Source of the DNA: an uncultured Candidatus Saccharibacteria bacterium
GTDB taxonomy: Bacteria > Patescibacteriota > Minisyncoccia > Phycocordibacterales > CSBR16-119
NCBI GenBank assembly: GCA_964490365.1
Contig: CAZBAG010000001.1
Coordinates: 129,512 to 193,511 of the forward strand
Length of the DNA: 64,000 nt
Direction of reading: 5' to 3'
A program made the position numbers and the translations under genes. This document shows positions 37,923-47,428 of the stretch, piece by piece (the stretch's first letter is position 1; each line of letters begins with the position of its first letter). The notes under the pieces were generated by a model. It did no database searches and was not told the origin of the DNA. It saw nothing but the letters and a program-made list of their open reading frames with translations.

Positions 37923-39596
37923 TTACCTATTGAGGAACACTCTCGCTAATTGCACATCAAAATACGAAGTATTCCCCCCTACTTTACTTTTCACCGGTGA
38001 AAGATTCAGTTCGCCTGTTGCATCATAGAGTTTTTGAAACGTCACCAGAATATCTTTAAACTTCTTTCCCTTTGGCTTAAGATACGAGACTTCTTCTTTT
38101 TCAATCTTCCCTTCCATTACCAATTTTTCAATATGAGTTAAGACAGTTTCTTTCGTTAAGCCTCTTTCGACTGCAATATCATCAATACTTTTTTGTTCGA
38201 GCAGCAAAACTTTTGTTTTTTCAAACGTACTTGTTTTATCAAGTTCAGCTTCACGAGCTTGTACGTCAATCACTTGGATTGATCCTTCAGATCGAATGAT
38301 AAAATCTTCTTGGGATTTTTGTATTTCCTCTGGTGTTTTTTTGTGTAAATAGTCTTGTATGTGGGCCGACTTACTTCGAAACTTTTTATCAGCTTCAATA
38401 ATTTTTGGATGTACCATCAGCGCTTGAGCATTGAATCCCAAAAGCTTAAGCCCTTCTAACGTTCGTACACGAGAAAGCGCCACGTAGCCTTGTCCATATT
38501 CAAAAGCACGACCTAAATCGATCTCAGCGGCATCTAGGGACATTCCTTGGCTTTTGTGGACCGTAATAGCCCACGCCAGACGAAGTGGTACCTGGGCAAT
38601 AGAGGCGATGATTTTATCGCCATCTTCAATACTCCACGACACAGGTTCGATGAGTAATTCTTTACCTTGATTCGTGACAATAATCGGGTACCCAGTTTCC
38701 TTTTCAAAATCAATCACCTCACCGAGTGTGCCGTTTACATACCCCACTTCGAAATTGTTTTTCGTACACATCACCACCGCTCCGATTTTCAAACATAGAT
38801 TTTCTGGAGAAAGACAACTTTCTTTTAAACGTTGCACGTGGTTCCCCTTTCCCTTTGAAACCATCTCATAGTACTCTTCATCTTGATCAATTTTTGCGAG
38901 TTCTTCTTGGTTTATTTTATCGACATCTGCGTTGTGCGTATACAGTTTTGTGGACTTAATCACATCTTCAAAAGAAACATCGAGCCTGTCACGAAGTTCT
39001 TCAAATTCTTCTTCAACATCTCCACTACGGATACGGTCAAGAATCCCCAGCAAAGCATGATCTTCTTGACGGTGTTGTTCGGTGATATAGGCAACGAGCG
39101 GATTTACCTCTTTCCAAGCAGCTGACTCAAAAGCAAATTGGGTCGCTTCACCTTTTTTCGTGATTGGTGGAAGCTGAAAAAAGTCGCCCACGACGATAAC
39201 CTGCATGCCACCAAACGGTAGATTATTTCTCCTAAACGATTTACAGACTTTATTGACCGAATCAAAAAGATCTCCGGAGAGCATTGAAATTTCATCAATG
39301 ATGAGAACTTTTGTTTGCTCGTATCGCTTCCAAAGATATTTTTTACCTTCAAGTTCATCAACTTCGTAGTCAGTGATTTTCTGCCGAGCGCCAATGCCTG
39401 ACCATGAGTGAATGGTTACTCCGCCAATGTGTGTTGCGGCAATACCGGTTGAAGCAGTTATTGCCGCAGAAATATCATGTTCTTTCAGATACTTTGTGTA
39501 TTGATTTAAGACATATGTTTTACCCGCACCAGGAGCACCAGTGAGAAAAACATTGGCGCCAGTTTTTAGGATTGTGAGAGCGTCTGATTGAGTCAT
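37923..39596 (-). CDS. PIF1-like SF1B helicase with C-terminal HTH
   Basis: GAPGAGKT, TASTGIAA, IDEISML, GDFFQLPP, AITVHKSQGMSL, YVALSR. Confidence 0.92.
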   Translation of the reverse strand: MTQSDALTILKTGANVFLTGAPGAGKTYVLNQYTKYLKEHDISAAITASTGIAATHIGGVTIHSWSGIGARQKITDYEVDELEGKKYLWKRYEQTKVLIIDEISMLSGDLFDSVNKVCKSFRRNNLPFGGMQVIVVGDFFQLPPITKKGEATQFAFESAAWKEVNPLVAYITEQHRQEDHALLGILDRIRSGDVEEEFEELRDRLDVSFEDVIKSTKLYTHNADVDKINQEELAKIDQDEEYYEMVSKGKGNHVQRLKESCLSPENLCLKIGAVVMCTKNNFEVGYVNGTLGEVIDFEKETGYPIIVTNQGKELLIEPVSWSIEDGDKIIASIAQVPLRLAWAITVHKSQGMSLDAAEIDLGRAFEYGQGYVALSRVRTLEGLKLLGFNAQALMVHPKIIEADKKFRSKSAHIQDYLHKKTPEEIQKSQEDFIIRSEGSIQVIDVQAREAELDKTSTFEKTKVLLLEQKSIDDIAVERGLTKETVLTHIEKLVMEGKIEKEEVSYLKPKGKKFKDILVTFQKLYDATGELNLSPVKSKVGGNTSYFDVQLARVFLNR

Positions 39597-39670
39597 ACAG
39601 AAAGCATTTTACCATGAAATAAAAAACGCCGACCCTTTAGGGGTCGGCGCTGCTTCTTTAGGTTTGTACT

Positions 39671-40078
39671 TTATCGTAGGGCCGCCAAGGCTTCTCCAAT
39701 TTTATTGTCGCCGTCACGATCAGGTGCAATGGCGATGATCTTATCCAGAAGCGCTTCCAGTGCTTGATTAGTGCTGTACCCACCAACTGGAGCCTGGCCA
39801 TCTAGCAAGTGCCCGCCTCCGTAGAACAATTTGAGTTTACATTTGGGCACGTGAGGCTGGGCATCACTGTCTAAAAAGAATATGACTTTGATGAGGCACA
39901 TCTTTCTGATGCTGTACTGGGAGTTCAAGTTTCGAGGCATAAAGCCAAACCCTGATGGTGCATGATGATCGATACAGTAATTAACCATCACGTTTGATCC
40001 TTTCCAATTCTTCTCAACAATCGTCTTCAGATCGTGGAGCTTCAATAAGGTCACATTGTATTCGAGCATGTCTTTCAT
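39671..40078 (-). CDS. Hypothetical protein (cassette-type orphan)
   Basis: Leader aaaccaaacccaaaccaacgtaccATG; TTGACA 40134-40139 (-); terminator 39621-39650. Confidence 0.75.
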   Translation of the reverse strand: MKDMLEYNVTLLKLHDLKTIVEKNWKGSNVMVNYCIDHHAPSGFGFMPRNLNSQYSIRKMCLIKVIFFLDSDAQPHVPKCKLKLFYGGGHLLDGQAPVGGYSTNQALEALLDKIIAIAPDRDGDNKIGEALAALR

Positions 40079-40178
40079 GGTACGTTGGTTTGGGTTTGGT
40101 TTCTATTTCATACTATGTCATGTACAATAATTTTGTCAACATAAGAAAGGCGCTCCGTAAGGAGCGCCTTTGAAGAAG

Positions 40179-40703
40179 CTAGCGATGTACTCTGTTTGCC
40201 CTGTAGACACTAAACATGATCACTTGGTGGAGTGTCTTTGGATCAACGAACCGTGCCCTGATGTAAGTACGGCAATTTTTTGGATGAACACCTTGTAGCC
40301 CATTCAAAAACTTCAGTTTGAACATCCGCCTATTGATCAGGTACTGATCTTCACTACTACCCACGCCACTCGGTGCTGGAGTTGTGAAAACATACTCCAC
40401 GAGTCGCATATCGGAAGGTGGAACAAGAACCTCTTCTTCTCCATGCTCGGAAGAAGAGCCATTTTGACCTTCATACACAATTGGCACCGAAGCGTTGTTA
40501 TAGAAGGTTCTATAACGCCAGCGTTTAATGCAACCTGCCTTGCGCCACATTTTACGGTCAAAGTCTCGCCACTGCTTGAATGCTTCGATGAACTGCCTCT
40601 GATGTTCAGGAGATTCTCTTGTTCCAGATTTTATAATCTGAAAAGATTCCTCTAAGAGCTTGGTCCGCAACATAACGAGCTGACGTAGTTTGTCTGTAGC
40701 CAT
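40179..40703 (-). CDS. Hypothetical protein (cassette-type orphan)
   Basis: Leader aaccagaccaaaccacgttccaccATG; TTGACC(40753-40758)-N17-TATTTT; terminator 40146-40171. Confidence 0.75.
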   Translation of the reverse strand: MATDKLRQLVMLRTKLLEESFQIIKSGTRESPEHQRQFIEAFKQWRDFDRKMWRKAGCIKRWRYRTFYNNASVPIVYEGQNGSSSEHGEEEVLVPPSDMRLVEYVFTTPAPSGVGSSEDQYLINRRMFKLKFLNGLQGVHPKNCRTYIRARFVDPKTLHQVIMFSVYRANRVHR

Positions 40704-40791
40704 GGTGGAACGTGGTTTGGTCTGGTTATAAAATACAAGATTTAAGAGTCGTGGTCAATAAAAACGAAAATCCCCCATAGGGGGGGATTTA

Positions 40792-41205
40792 TTATCGTTT
40801 GCTCCATTGCTTTCTCTTTCGAGCAGCTTGTGCGAGACCGGCCTTTCGTCGTTCTCGTGATCGTGGATCTCGTTTGAGGAAACCAAGTTTCTTCATTGAA
40901 GACCGAAGAGATTCATCAAATTTTACGAGAGCTCGAGTGATACCATGTCGGATAGCATCTGCTTGTCCGTTGATACCCCCTCCGGAAACCATAACTGAAA
41001 CAGTGAATGATTTTGGTGCTTCTTGTTTATCAAAAGGATCAGTAACAACTTTTCGTAGATTATCTACGGTAAAGTATTCGTTTAAATCTTTATCATTAAT
41101 AACAAAAGATGTTTTTGACGCAGGAGAAATGCGAACACGCGCTGTCGATGTTTTTCTTCGTCCTACTGCTTCTATGTATTTTTCTTTTGTTTTAGCTGTT
41201 ACCAT
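40792..41205 (-). CDS. rpsI: 30S ribosomal protein uS9
   Basis: GRRKTSTARV, GGG..GQADAIRHG, QWSKR. Confidence 0.97.
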   Translation of the reverse strand: MVTAKTKEKYIEAVGRRKTSTARVRISPASKTSFVINDKDLNEYFTVDNLRKVVTDPFDKQEAPKSFTVSVMVSGGGINGQADAIRHGITRALVKFDESLRSSMKKLGFLKRDPRSRERRKAGLAQAARKRKQWSKR

Positions 41206-41208
41206 GGA

Positions 41209-41553
41209 TTAGTCGTTAATAGTTAAGTTCTTCATGAGTTTGTCTCGTAGTTTATTTCCTGGAAGCATTCCGTATACTGCGTTTTTGATTACTTCACTGT
41301 ATCCCTTTTTCTCGATTAATTTCTTAAGACTGTCAGTTCGGAAGCCACCTGGATATCCTGAATATCGTTCATATTCTTTTTCTTCAAGCTTTTTAGGATC
41401 AATAGAGAGTTTTGATGCATTCAAAACCACAACACTGTTACCAGCGATTGTGTGCTTTTCGAAATCTGGAGTATTTTTACCCATAAGGATAGAAGCTATT
41501 TGATTAGCTACTCGTCCGATTTTCTTATTTTCTGCATCAATTTTATATTCCAT
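41209..41553 (-). CDS. rplM: 50S ribosomal protein uL13
   Basis: IDAENKKIGRVA, YSGYPGG, AVYGMLP. Confidence 0.96.
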   Translation of the reverse strand: MEYKIDAENKKIGRVANQIASILMGKNTPDFEKHTIAGNSVVVLNASKLSIDPKKLEEKEYERYSGYPGGFRTDSLKKLIEKKGYSEVIKNAVYGMLPGNKLRDKLMKNLTIND

Positions 41554-41572
41554 AAAAGTCTATTTAGTATAC

Positions 41573-41929
41573 TTATTTAACAAATTCAATCAATGCCATC
41601 GGTGCCGCATCTCCTGCTCGTGGAGGAAGTTTCATAATTCGTGTATAGCCACCTGAAATGTCTTTAAACTTTGGCGCAATTTCTTCTACAAGCTTCTTTG
41701 TTTCTGGAGCACGATTCATAAGTCGTGACATGATAACCCTTTTTGTGTTTACGTCACCTTTAAGAGCTCGAGTGATGAGCTTTTCTACCATTGGACGAAT
41801 TTCTTTCGCTTTTGCATCAGTAGTTTTGATTCTACCGTGAATAATAAGAGACAACACTAAAGACTTCAGAAGTGCGCTTCTGACCTTTGTTTTTCTACCG
41901 AATTTTCTATTGTGATTACCGTGTCTCAT
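41573..41929 (-). CDS. rplQ: 50S ribosomal protein bL17
   Basis: MRHG..RKFGR, GGYTRI, RAGDAA. Confidence 0.97.
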   Translation of the reverse strand: MRHGNHNRKFGRKTKVRSALLKSLVLSLIIHGRIKTTDAKAKEIRPMVEKLITRALKGDVNTKRVIMSRLMNRAPETKKLVEEIAPKFKDISGGYTRIMKLPPRAGDAAPMALIEFVK

Positions 41930-41952
41930 ATGTTGTTATTTAAATTATTTGA

Positions 41953-42936
41953 CTACTTTAGCAGAATTCCAAAATTACTCAAGGCCCGCTTTATTTCTTG
42001 AATTCCCTTCTCTCCCATACCTTCTAGTTCCAGGAGATCTGCTTCACTCTTTCGAGCGATACCACCAACAGTTCGAATCTTACCGTTTGCAAGAGCATTA
42101 AGTGTTCGAGTTGAGAAATTAAGATCTTCAATTCGAGTTTTCATGATCTCTTGTTCTTCATCTTCACCAGATTCTTTTGATTCTTCTTGCACATCTTCTA
42201 CTTCTTTTTGAACAGCCTCGATAATAGCTTCTGGCTTTTCATCGAGACCTTTAAAATCGTGGATAGCCTGAAGTTGCACGATCATTGTTTCAATAGATTT
42301 TTCAACAGCTTCTCGTGGAGAATATGTTCCGTCTGTTTCAACTGAGATGATGAGACGGTTATAGTTTGTTGAGTCTCCAACTCGCATGTTTTCTACATCG
42401 TAGGCAACACGTCGGATTGGCGTAAAGATTGCATCGAGAGCAATGTGTCCGATTTCCATCTTTTCTTTTTGGATCTCATCTTTTGATACGTAGCCAAGAC
42501 CTTTTTGGATTGTCATTTCAATTTCAAGGTCAATCTTGCCTGTTACCTCACAGATGTATTGATCAGGAGTAAGCACCTCAACTTGTCCAACCCCTTTAAT
42601 ATCAGAAGCAAACACTTCTTTTGGCCCCTTTACTTTAAGGGTAAGTGTTTGAGACTCATCAGTAAGTAACTTAAATCGTATCTTCTTTAAGTTAAGAATG
42701 ATGTTGATAACATCTTCTTTTACTCCGTCCATCGTTGCAAATTCGTGATCTGCACCAGAAATCTTGATTGACGTTATTGATGCTCCTGGAAGTGATGAAA
42801 GAATAATTCTTCTAAGAGAATTACCGAGCGTATGACCGTAACCTGGATATAGATTGTCGATCTCATATATTCCTTTGTTTCCCTCTTCTTTTACTAGACG
42901 AGGCTTTGACGGCAAGATGATGTTTGTATCAATCAT
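41953..42936 (-). CDS. rpoA: RNA polymerase alpha subunit
   Basis: GYGHTLGNSLRRIILSS; alpha-CTD. Confidence 0.97.
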   Translation of the reverse strand: MIDTNIILPSKPRLVKEEGNKGIYEIDNLYPGYGHTLGNSLRRIILSSLPGASITSIKISGADHEFATMDGVKEDVINIILNLKKIRFKLLTDESQTLTLKVKGPKEVFASDIKGVGQVEVLTPDQYICEVTGKIDLEIEMTIQKGLGYVSKDEIQKEKMEIGHIALDAIFTPIRRVAYDVENMRVGDSTNYNRLIISVETDGTYSPREAVEKSIETMIVQLQAIHDFKGLDEKPEAIIEAVQKEVEDVQEESKESGEDEEQEIMKTRIEDLNFSTRTLNALANGKIRTVGGIARKSEADLLELEGMGEKGIQEIKRALSNFGILLK

Positions 42937-42976
42937 AAATTAAATTGACTACTAATAATAAGTTAACAACAATGAA

Positions 42977-43585
42977 TTAACGACTATAGAATTCAAGAAC
43001 GGTGTTGAAATCAAGAAATGCATCTTCTTTCTTTGGTTTTCCTTTTATCTCTGCTTCAAGTTTTGCAGTACTGAGCGAAAGCCATGCTGGTGTTTGGAAC
43101 TTTTCAAGCTTCTTGTCCATATCTTGGAAGAGTACTGAAGACTTACTTCCTTCTCGTACAGCGATTTTGTCTCCGATTTTAAGTCGATATGAAGGAACAT
43201 TTGTTTTACTACCGTTTACTGTAAAGTGTCCATGAGATGCCATTTGACGAGCAAGACGTCGTGTTGACGCTAGTCCGAGTCGGTAAATAGTGTTATCAAG
43301 TCTTGTTTCGAGGAGTTCGTAGAGTTTTTCAGAAGCAATAGAACCTTTTGAACTTGTAGCTTCTTCTACATAGTTTTCAAGTTGTCGTTCAGAAATACCG
43401 TAAGAAAAACGAATTTTTTGCTTTTCGTTTAGTTGTTGACCATATTCAGAAAGTTGTTTTTTTGGTCCTTTCTTAGCAAGTTTAGATTTCTTGCCTTCAG
43501 ACACCATAAATTTCTGCGTTTGACATTGATCAAACACTCCACTTCCTAAACGTCTACAAATTTTATATTTTGGTCCTATTATCAT
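42977..43585 (-). CDS. rpsD: 30S ribosomal protein uS4
   Basis: SEYGQQLNEKQK, LETRLDN, EFYSR. Confidence 0.97.
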   Translation of the reverse strand: MIIGPKYKICRRLGSGVFDQCQTQKFMVSEGKKSKLAKKGPKKQLSEYGQQLNEKQKIRFSYGISERQLENYVEEATSSKGSIASEKLYELLETRLDNTIYRLGLASTRRLARQMASHGHFTVNGSKTNVPSYRLKIGDKIAVREGSKSSVLFQDMDKKLEKFQTPAWLSLSTAKLEAEIKGKPKKEDAFLDFNTVLEFYSR

Positions 43586-43606
43586 AACGGGGTCGTATTA
43601 CTTATA

Positions 43607-44041
43607 TTAAACTCTTCGTGGCTTCTTAGCCTTTGGTCCATTAAACGGAATTGGTGTTGTATCTTTGATTGAATTGAGTTCAATACCACGTGACATGAAT
43701 GCTCGAATAGCAGATTCTCGGCCAGTACCAACACCCTTTACAACAACATCAGCTTCTTTTACACCAATAGCTTCTGCTTTTTCACCAATAAGGTCTCCCA
43801 CTTTTGCCGCAGCAAATGGAGTTCCTTTCTTAGCACCACGGAAACCAAGGGCACCTGAAGATGACCAGAAAATAACGTTACCCTTTTTATCAGAGAAAGA
43901 AACTTTTGTGTTATTAAATGTAGCTTCAACAAAAAGCACGCCGTCTGCCAACTTTCGTTTCGAAGTTTTAGCCAAAGCTCGACTTTTGAGCTCTTTGTTA
44001 ACACCTCCTGCTTTTGTTTTTATAATTCTTTTCTTTCCCAT
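43607..44041 (-). CDS. rpsK: 30S ribosomal protein uS11
   Basis: ATFNNT, KKGTPFAA, DTTPIPFNG. Confidence 0.97.
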   Translation of the reverse strand: MGKKRIIKTKAGGVNKELKSRALAKTSKRKLADGVLFVEATFNNTKVSFSDKKGNVIFWSSSGALGFRGAKKGTPFAAAKVGDLIGEKAEAIGVKEADVVVKGVGTGRESAIRAFMSRGIELNSIKDTTPIPFNGPKAKKPRRV

Positions 44042-44044
44042 ATG

Positions 44045-44428
44045 TTATGTCTTACTTGCGATAACTCTACCTGAACCCATTGTCTTTCGAACGTTTCCTC
44101 GAACTGTTCGAGAATTTGTTTTTGTTCGTTGACCACGCACTGGGAGACCTCGTGAGTGTCGTGAACCTTTATACGAGCCAATATCTTTAAGACGCTTAAT
44201 GTTCGCAGAGACTGTTCGTTTAAGGTTTCCTTCTATCGTAAAGTTGTCTTCAATGATCTTTCTAATAGTGTTTTCTTCGTCAGTAGTGAGGTCTTTTGGA
44301 AGTTTACCGTATTCAACTTTTGCTTCATCAAGAATTTTGTGAGCTCTTGAACGACCAATACCATAGATGACGGTAAGCGCCATCTCAATTCTTTTATTAT
44401 CTGGAATTGTTATACCTGAAATTCGCAT
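44045..44428 (-). CDS. rpsM: 30S ribosomal protein uS13
   Basis: ALTVIYGIG, GLPVRGQRTKTNSRT. Confidence 0.97.
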   Translation of the reverse strand: MRISGITIPDNKRIEMALTVIYGIGRSRAHKILDEAKVEYGKLPKDLTTDEENTIRKIIEDNFTIEGNLKRTVSANIKRLKDIGSYKGSRHSRGLPVRGQRTKTNSRTVRGNVRKTMGSGRVIASKT

Positions 44429-44448
44429 AATCTCGTTATAAAATAAAA

Positions 44449-44571
44449 CTAACCTTGTCGAGCTTTTCGGCGAGGATTCTTTTTGTTAATTCTGTATATT
44501 CGTCCGTTTCGTTTGACGATTTGATCTCCTTGAGCGAGATCTTTTTTCTTGATAGAAGTCTTAATTTTCAT
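44449..44571 (-). CDS. rpmJ: 50S ribosomal protein bL36, cysteine-free type (not in the ORF track)
   Basis: [40 protein letters not shown] between infA and rpsM. Confidence 0.93.
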   Translation of the reverse strand: MKIKTSIKKKDLAQGDQIVKRNGRIYRINKKNPRRKARQG

Positions 44572-44680
44572 GAAAATTGTAACCTTTTTGTGAACTCAAA
44601 CTAAGGTTTTTGAACCGTTAGTAACAATTCGGTATATTAACTTATAACCTAAAAAAAAGCAAGTAATGCACTGGAACACC

Positions 44681-44896
44681 CTACATTCTTCGAGATATTC
44701 TGCCTTTTCCGCCATATGGATCTATGACGACTTCAACTTTATCTCCAATAAGAACCTTGATTTTAAACCTTCTCATCTTCCCCGACAAATAGGCTATCAT
44801 GGGGTCTTCTTGACCATCGAGTATGACTCGAAACATAGCGTTTGGTAAAGATTCCACAATAGTACCGATTGATTTTTGTTCTTGTTTTTGATTCAT
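44681..44896 (-). CDS. infA: Translation initiation factor IF-1
   Basis: ESLPNAMFRV, YLSGKMR, GDKVEV. Confidence 0.96.
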   Translation of the reverse strand: MNQKQEQKSIGTIVESLPNAMFRVILDGQEDPMIAYLSGKMRRFKIKVLIGDKVEVVIDPYGGKGRISRRM

Positions 44897-44941
44897 TGTA
44901 AGAGTTGTATAATCCTAACAGAAAAATATGAGTTGGTCAAA

Positions 44942-46261
44942 CTATTCCGTTTCAACAGTGTTTACCACATCAATTCGCTCAAGGTCAGTTGGGACTGTTG
45001 TTTTCCAGATTGGTTTAATGATCAGTTCTGCCTTTTCAATACTCTTGAACTCAGAGACAACTGATTGGAATTTTCGCTCTTTAATACCAACAAGCACGTC
45101 TTTAATTGCTTCTTCATCTATTTGCCAAATTATTTCAGTATTACCTTTAGCTGAGATACTGATTGAGTCAACATCGGCTGGGTCAATTTCACTTGCTGAC
45201 ATCAGCGATATCGATAGATTTTCTATATCTTTAATGACAACTTTATTTTTATCAAAATCAGCAACAGCTTCTTTTACGAGTTCTCGAGTTAGATTTTCTT
45301 CTTTAAAGATAAAAGCATGTATTTTACCTTTTTGTACAAGTTTTGTTCCCTCACCAGACGACACAGCTTCTGGGGCATCTTTTTCAAGAATTACTGCTTC
45401 ATCGTAAATGATAAATCCTTCTGGGAGTTCAGTACGTGCTTCAGTAAGAAGGTTTTCTTTAAGTTTTGTCTCTAGTAATAGTTGTTGTTCCTTTTCTTCC
45501 GCTTCAGAGAGCGCAAAAGTCTCACCTTTAAAACCTCCTGTGATTTCACCAATAGACTTAGCGTAAATTGTTTCGTATTTTGGATTTCCTTTAAAACCAA
45601 AAATTTTAAAGTCTGTTTCTTTTCTGTTGTATTCAGTACTAGCAACATCGGCATAAATGTCAACATCGATTGACCCTGCGACTTTTTTACCATCATCAGT
45701 TTTTTGCCCTGGCACGGTTACCGGTTTTGTTGTTTTGTAGATTTTACCATCATCAGCAACAAGTCGTGTATCGATCAACAATTTCTGAGGTTCAGCACTA
45801 TGGTTGTTGAAAAAACGAACTTTACCTGTCGCCTTTCGTTCGATATATTTCTTTTCAGTATTTTCAACACTTACCGATTCTTCGCCGGAAAGTGTCACTA
45901 CGTCGAATGCCAAAGCTTTACTATCGAGTGGGTCTTTGTTCGCAACAATGAGTTTATTTACCTCAATAGTTCCTTGGCGTGGAGTTACCAAGACCTTTGC
46001 GCTTGAGAAAAAGAATGAAAGAGCGAACACGAGTGCGAGAATGCAGAAAACAGCAACGTACCAAATTGCTTTTCCGCCACCTGATTTTTTCTCGTACATA
46101 TACGGATTGTCGTATACTTCACGCTCTCGTCGTCTTCGTGGAGGAGCTACCTCTTCTTCTTGTTCTTCAAAATCATCCTGTTCGAGTCGGCGAGACGCAT
46201 AACCAGGGCTTTTTCGAAGCTTGGTTGAAGGTTTAATATCATGTATTGAATTTCTTGGCAT
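44942..46261 (-). CDS. Single-TM protein with baseplate-J-like extracellular domain
   Basis: TM followed by KATGKVRFFN...VTVPG...GGF pattern. Confidence 0.55.
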   Translation of the reverse strand: MPRNSIHDIKPSTKLRKSPGYASRRLEQDDFEEQEEEVAPPRRRREREVYDNPYMYEKKSGGGKAIWYVAVFCILALVFALSFFFSSAKVLVTPRQGTIEVNKLIVANKDPLDSKALAFDVVTLSGEESVSVENTEKKYIERKATGKVRFFNNHSAEPQKLLIDTRLVADDGKIYKTTKPVTVPGQKTDDGKKVAGSIDVDIYADVASTEYNRKETDFKIFGFKGNPKYETIYAKSIGEITGGFKGETFALSEAEEKEQQLLLETKLKENLLTEARTELPEGFIIYDEAVILEKDAPEAVSSGEGTKLVQKGKIHAFIFKEENLTRELVKEAVADFDKNKVVIKDIENLSISLMSASEIDPADVDSISISAKGNTEIIWQIDEEAIKDVLVGIKERKFQSVVSEFKSIEKAELIIKPIWKTTVPTDLERIDVVNTVETE

Positions 46262-46267
46262 AGGTAC

Positions 46268-47401
46268 TTATGTTTTGCTTATATTATTAATAAAAATTGA
46301 TTGTATAGTAAGACGAGCGTCGTATTGTATATTCATGGCCGTCGCATAAAAATCGTGTAAGTTTTTACTATTAGCTAGTATAACATTAAACGAATTTTCG
46401 GTAGTTGTGAATTCCGAGAAATTATCTTTTTGTAGTAAATGTAAGAACCAGGTCTCAGACGATGGGTCGGTGATTAAGAAAATATCATGCGGTATCAATA
46501 AATCAACGAAGAGACTTCGGAAGACTTTTTTAATGGCACCTGTCCACAAAGAGCCTTCTGTACGAACAATCTGTTCAATTTGCTTTGCATACGATTCGTC
46601 CAAGTGACCATCTCTATACATTGCTAAAAGTGAAGCAGTGTGGGCTGCATCTTTACCAAGACTCTTTGCAATATGGTGAACAAGCGTGCTCTTGCCGTAT
46701 GGAAATGATGAAGTTCCGACAAGAAAATCATTTCTCATCACTGAAACTTCTGTGGACTCTTCGTGAATATCAACAATAACAAAGTCGTTAAGCCCGTCAA
46801 ACACATCTCGCACAACAAGAAAATCAGAGAAGAGCGACGAAGTACACTTAACCCGTCTGTCGTAGGTTTGTGTAATAACCTCTTCAACACGTTCAACGAG
46901 TTCCTCTGATGAAAGACTGAGGAAAATTTGCAACTCTAATTCTTTTACGCGTTTGCCGTGAGGCTTTTGCACTTCGTAACCATTCAAAAGAACATTCACC
47001 ACACGTCGATCAATAATTTCATCGAACTCAGTGTGTTGTTTTTTGAATTTTGAAATTTCTTCTTTGATTAACTCTTTGGCATAGCTCTCAGTAAACACAA
47101 ATCCTTCCTTTCGGTGTCGTTGTATTCTTCTGAGTTCACCTGTTGACCATGGCGAGGCGATAACCGCAAATACCTTATCGGGAACAGCATGAATATCTTT
47201 TTGGAGAAGCTGCGCGACTTCTTGTAGCGTCTGCAACAGCGGACGATGAGTACCGTTTGGAATAAAACGACAACGGAATGAAGAAATAATGGTTGGTTTT
47301 TTGTGCGATTCCATAAGCACTATCGCACCCCCAACAGAGCCAGATGCAATATCGAACACGGCAATAGTTTCTTCTTTATTTTTTTGAGAAAAGAAAAACA
47401 T
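46268..47401 (-). CDS. FtsA/PilM-like actin-fold protein, divergent
   Basis: VFDIASGSVGG, LNGY, IVDIHEESTEV, FPYG. Confidence 0.55.
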   Translation of the reverse strand: MFFFSQKNKEETIAVFDIASGSVGGAIVLMESHKKPTIISSFRCRFIPNGTHRPLLQTLQEVAQLLQKDIHAVPDKVFAVIASPWSTGELRRIQRHRKEGFVFTESYAKELIKEEISKFKKQHTEFDEIIDRRVVNVLLNGYEVQKPHGKRVKELELQIFLSLSSEELVERVEEVITQTYDRRVKCTSSLFSDFLVVRDVFDGLNDFVIVDIHEESTEVSVMRNDFLVGTSSFPYGKSTLVHHIAKSLGKDAAHTASLLAMYRDGHLDESYAKQIEQIVRTEGSLWTGAIKKVFRSLFVDLLIPHDIFLITDPSSETWFLHLLQKDNFSEFTTTENSFNVILANSKNLHDFYATAMNIQYDARLTIQSIFINNISKT

Positions 47402-47428
47402 ATACGCAATTAGTATATCACGCAACTT

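Noticed and set aside
44942-46261. Prophage or contractile injection system
   Set aside because: No other phage structural genes; the protein is membrane-anchored and embedded among housekeeping genes
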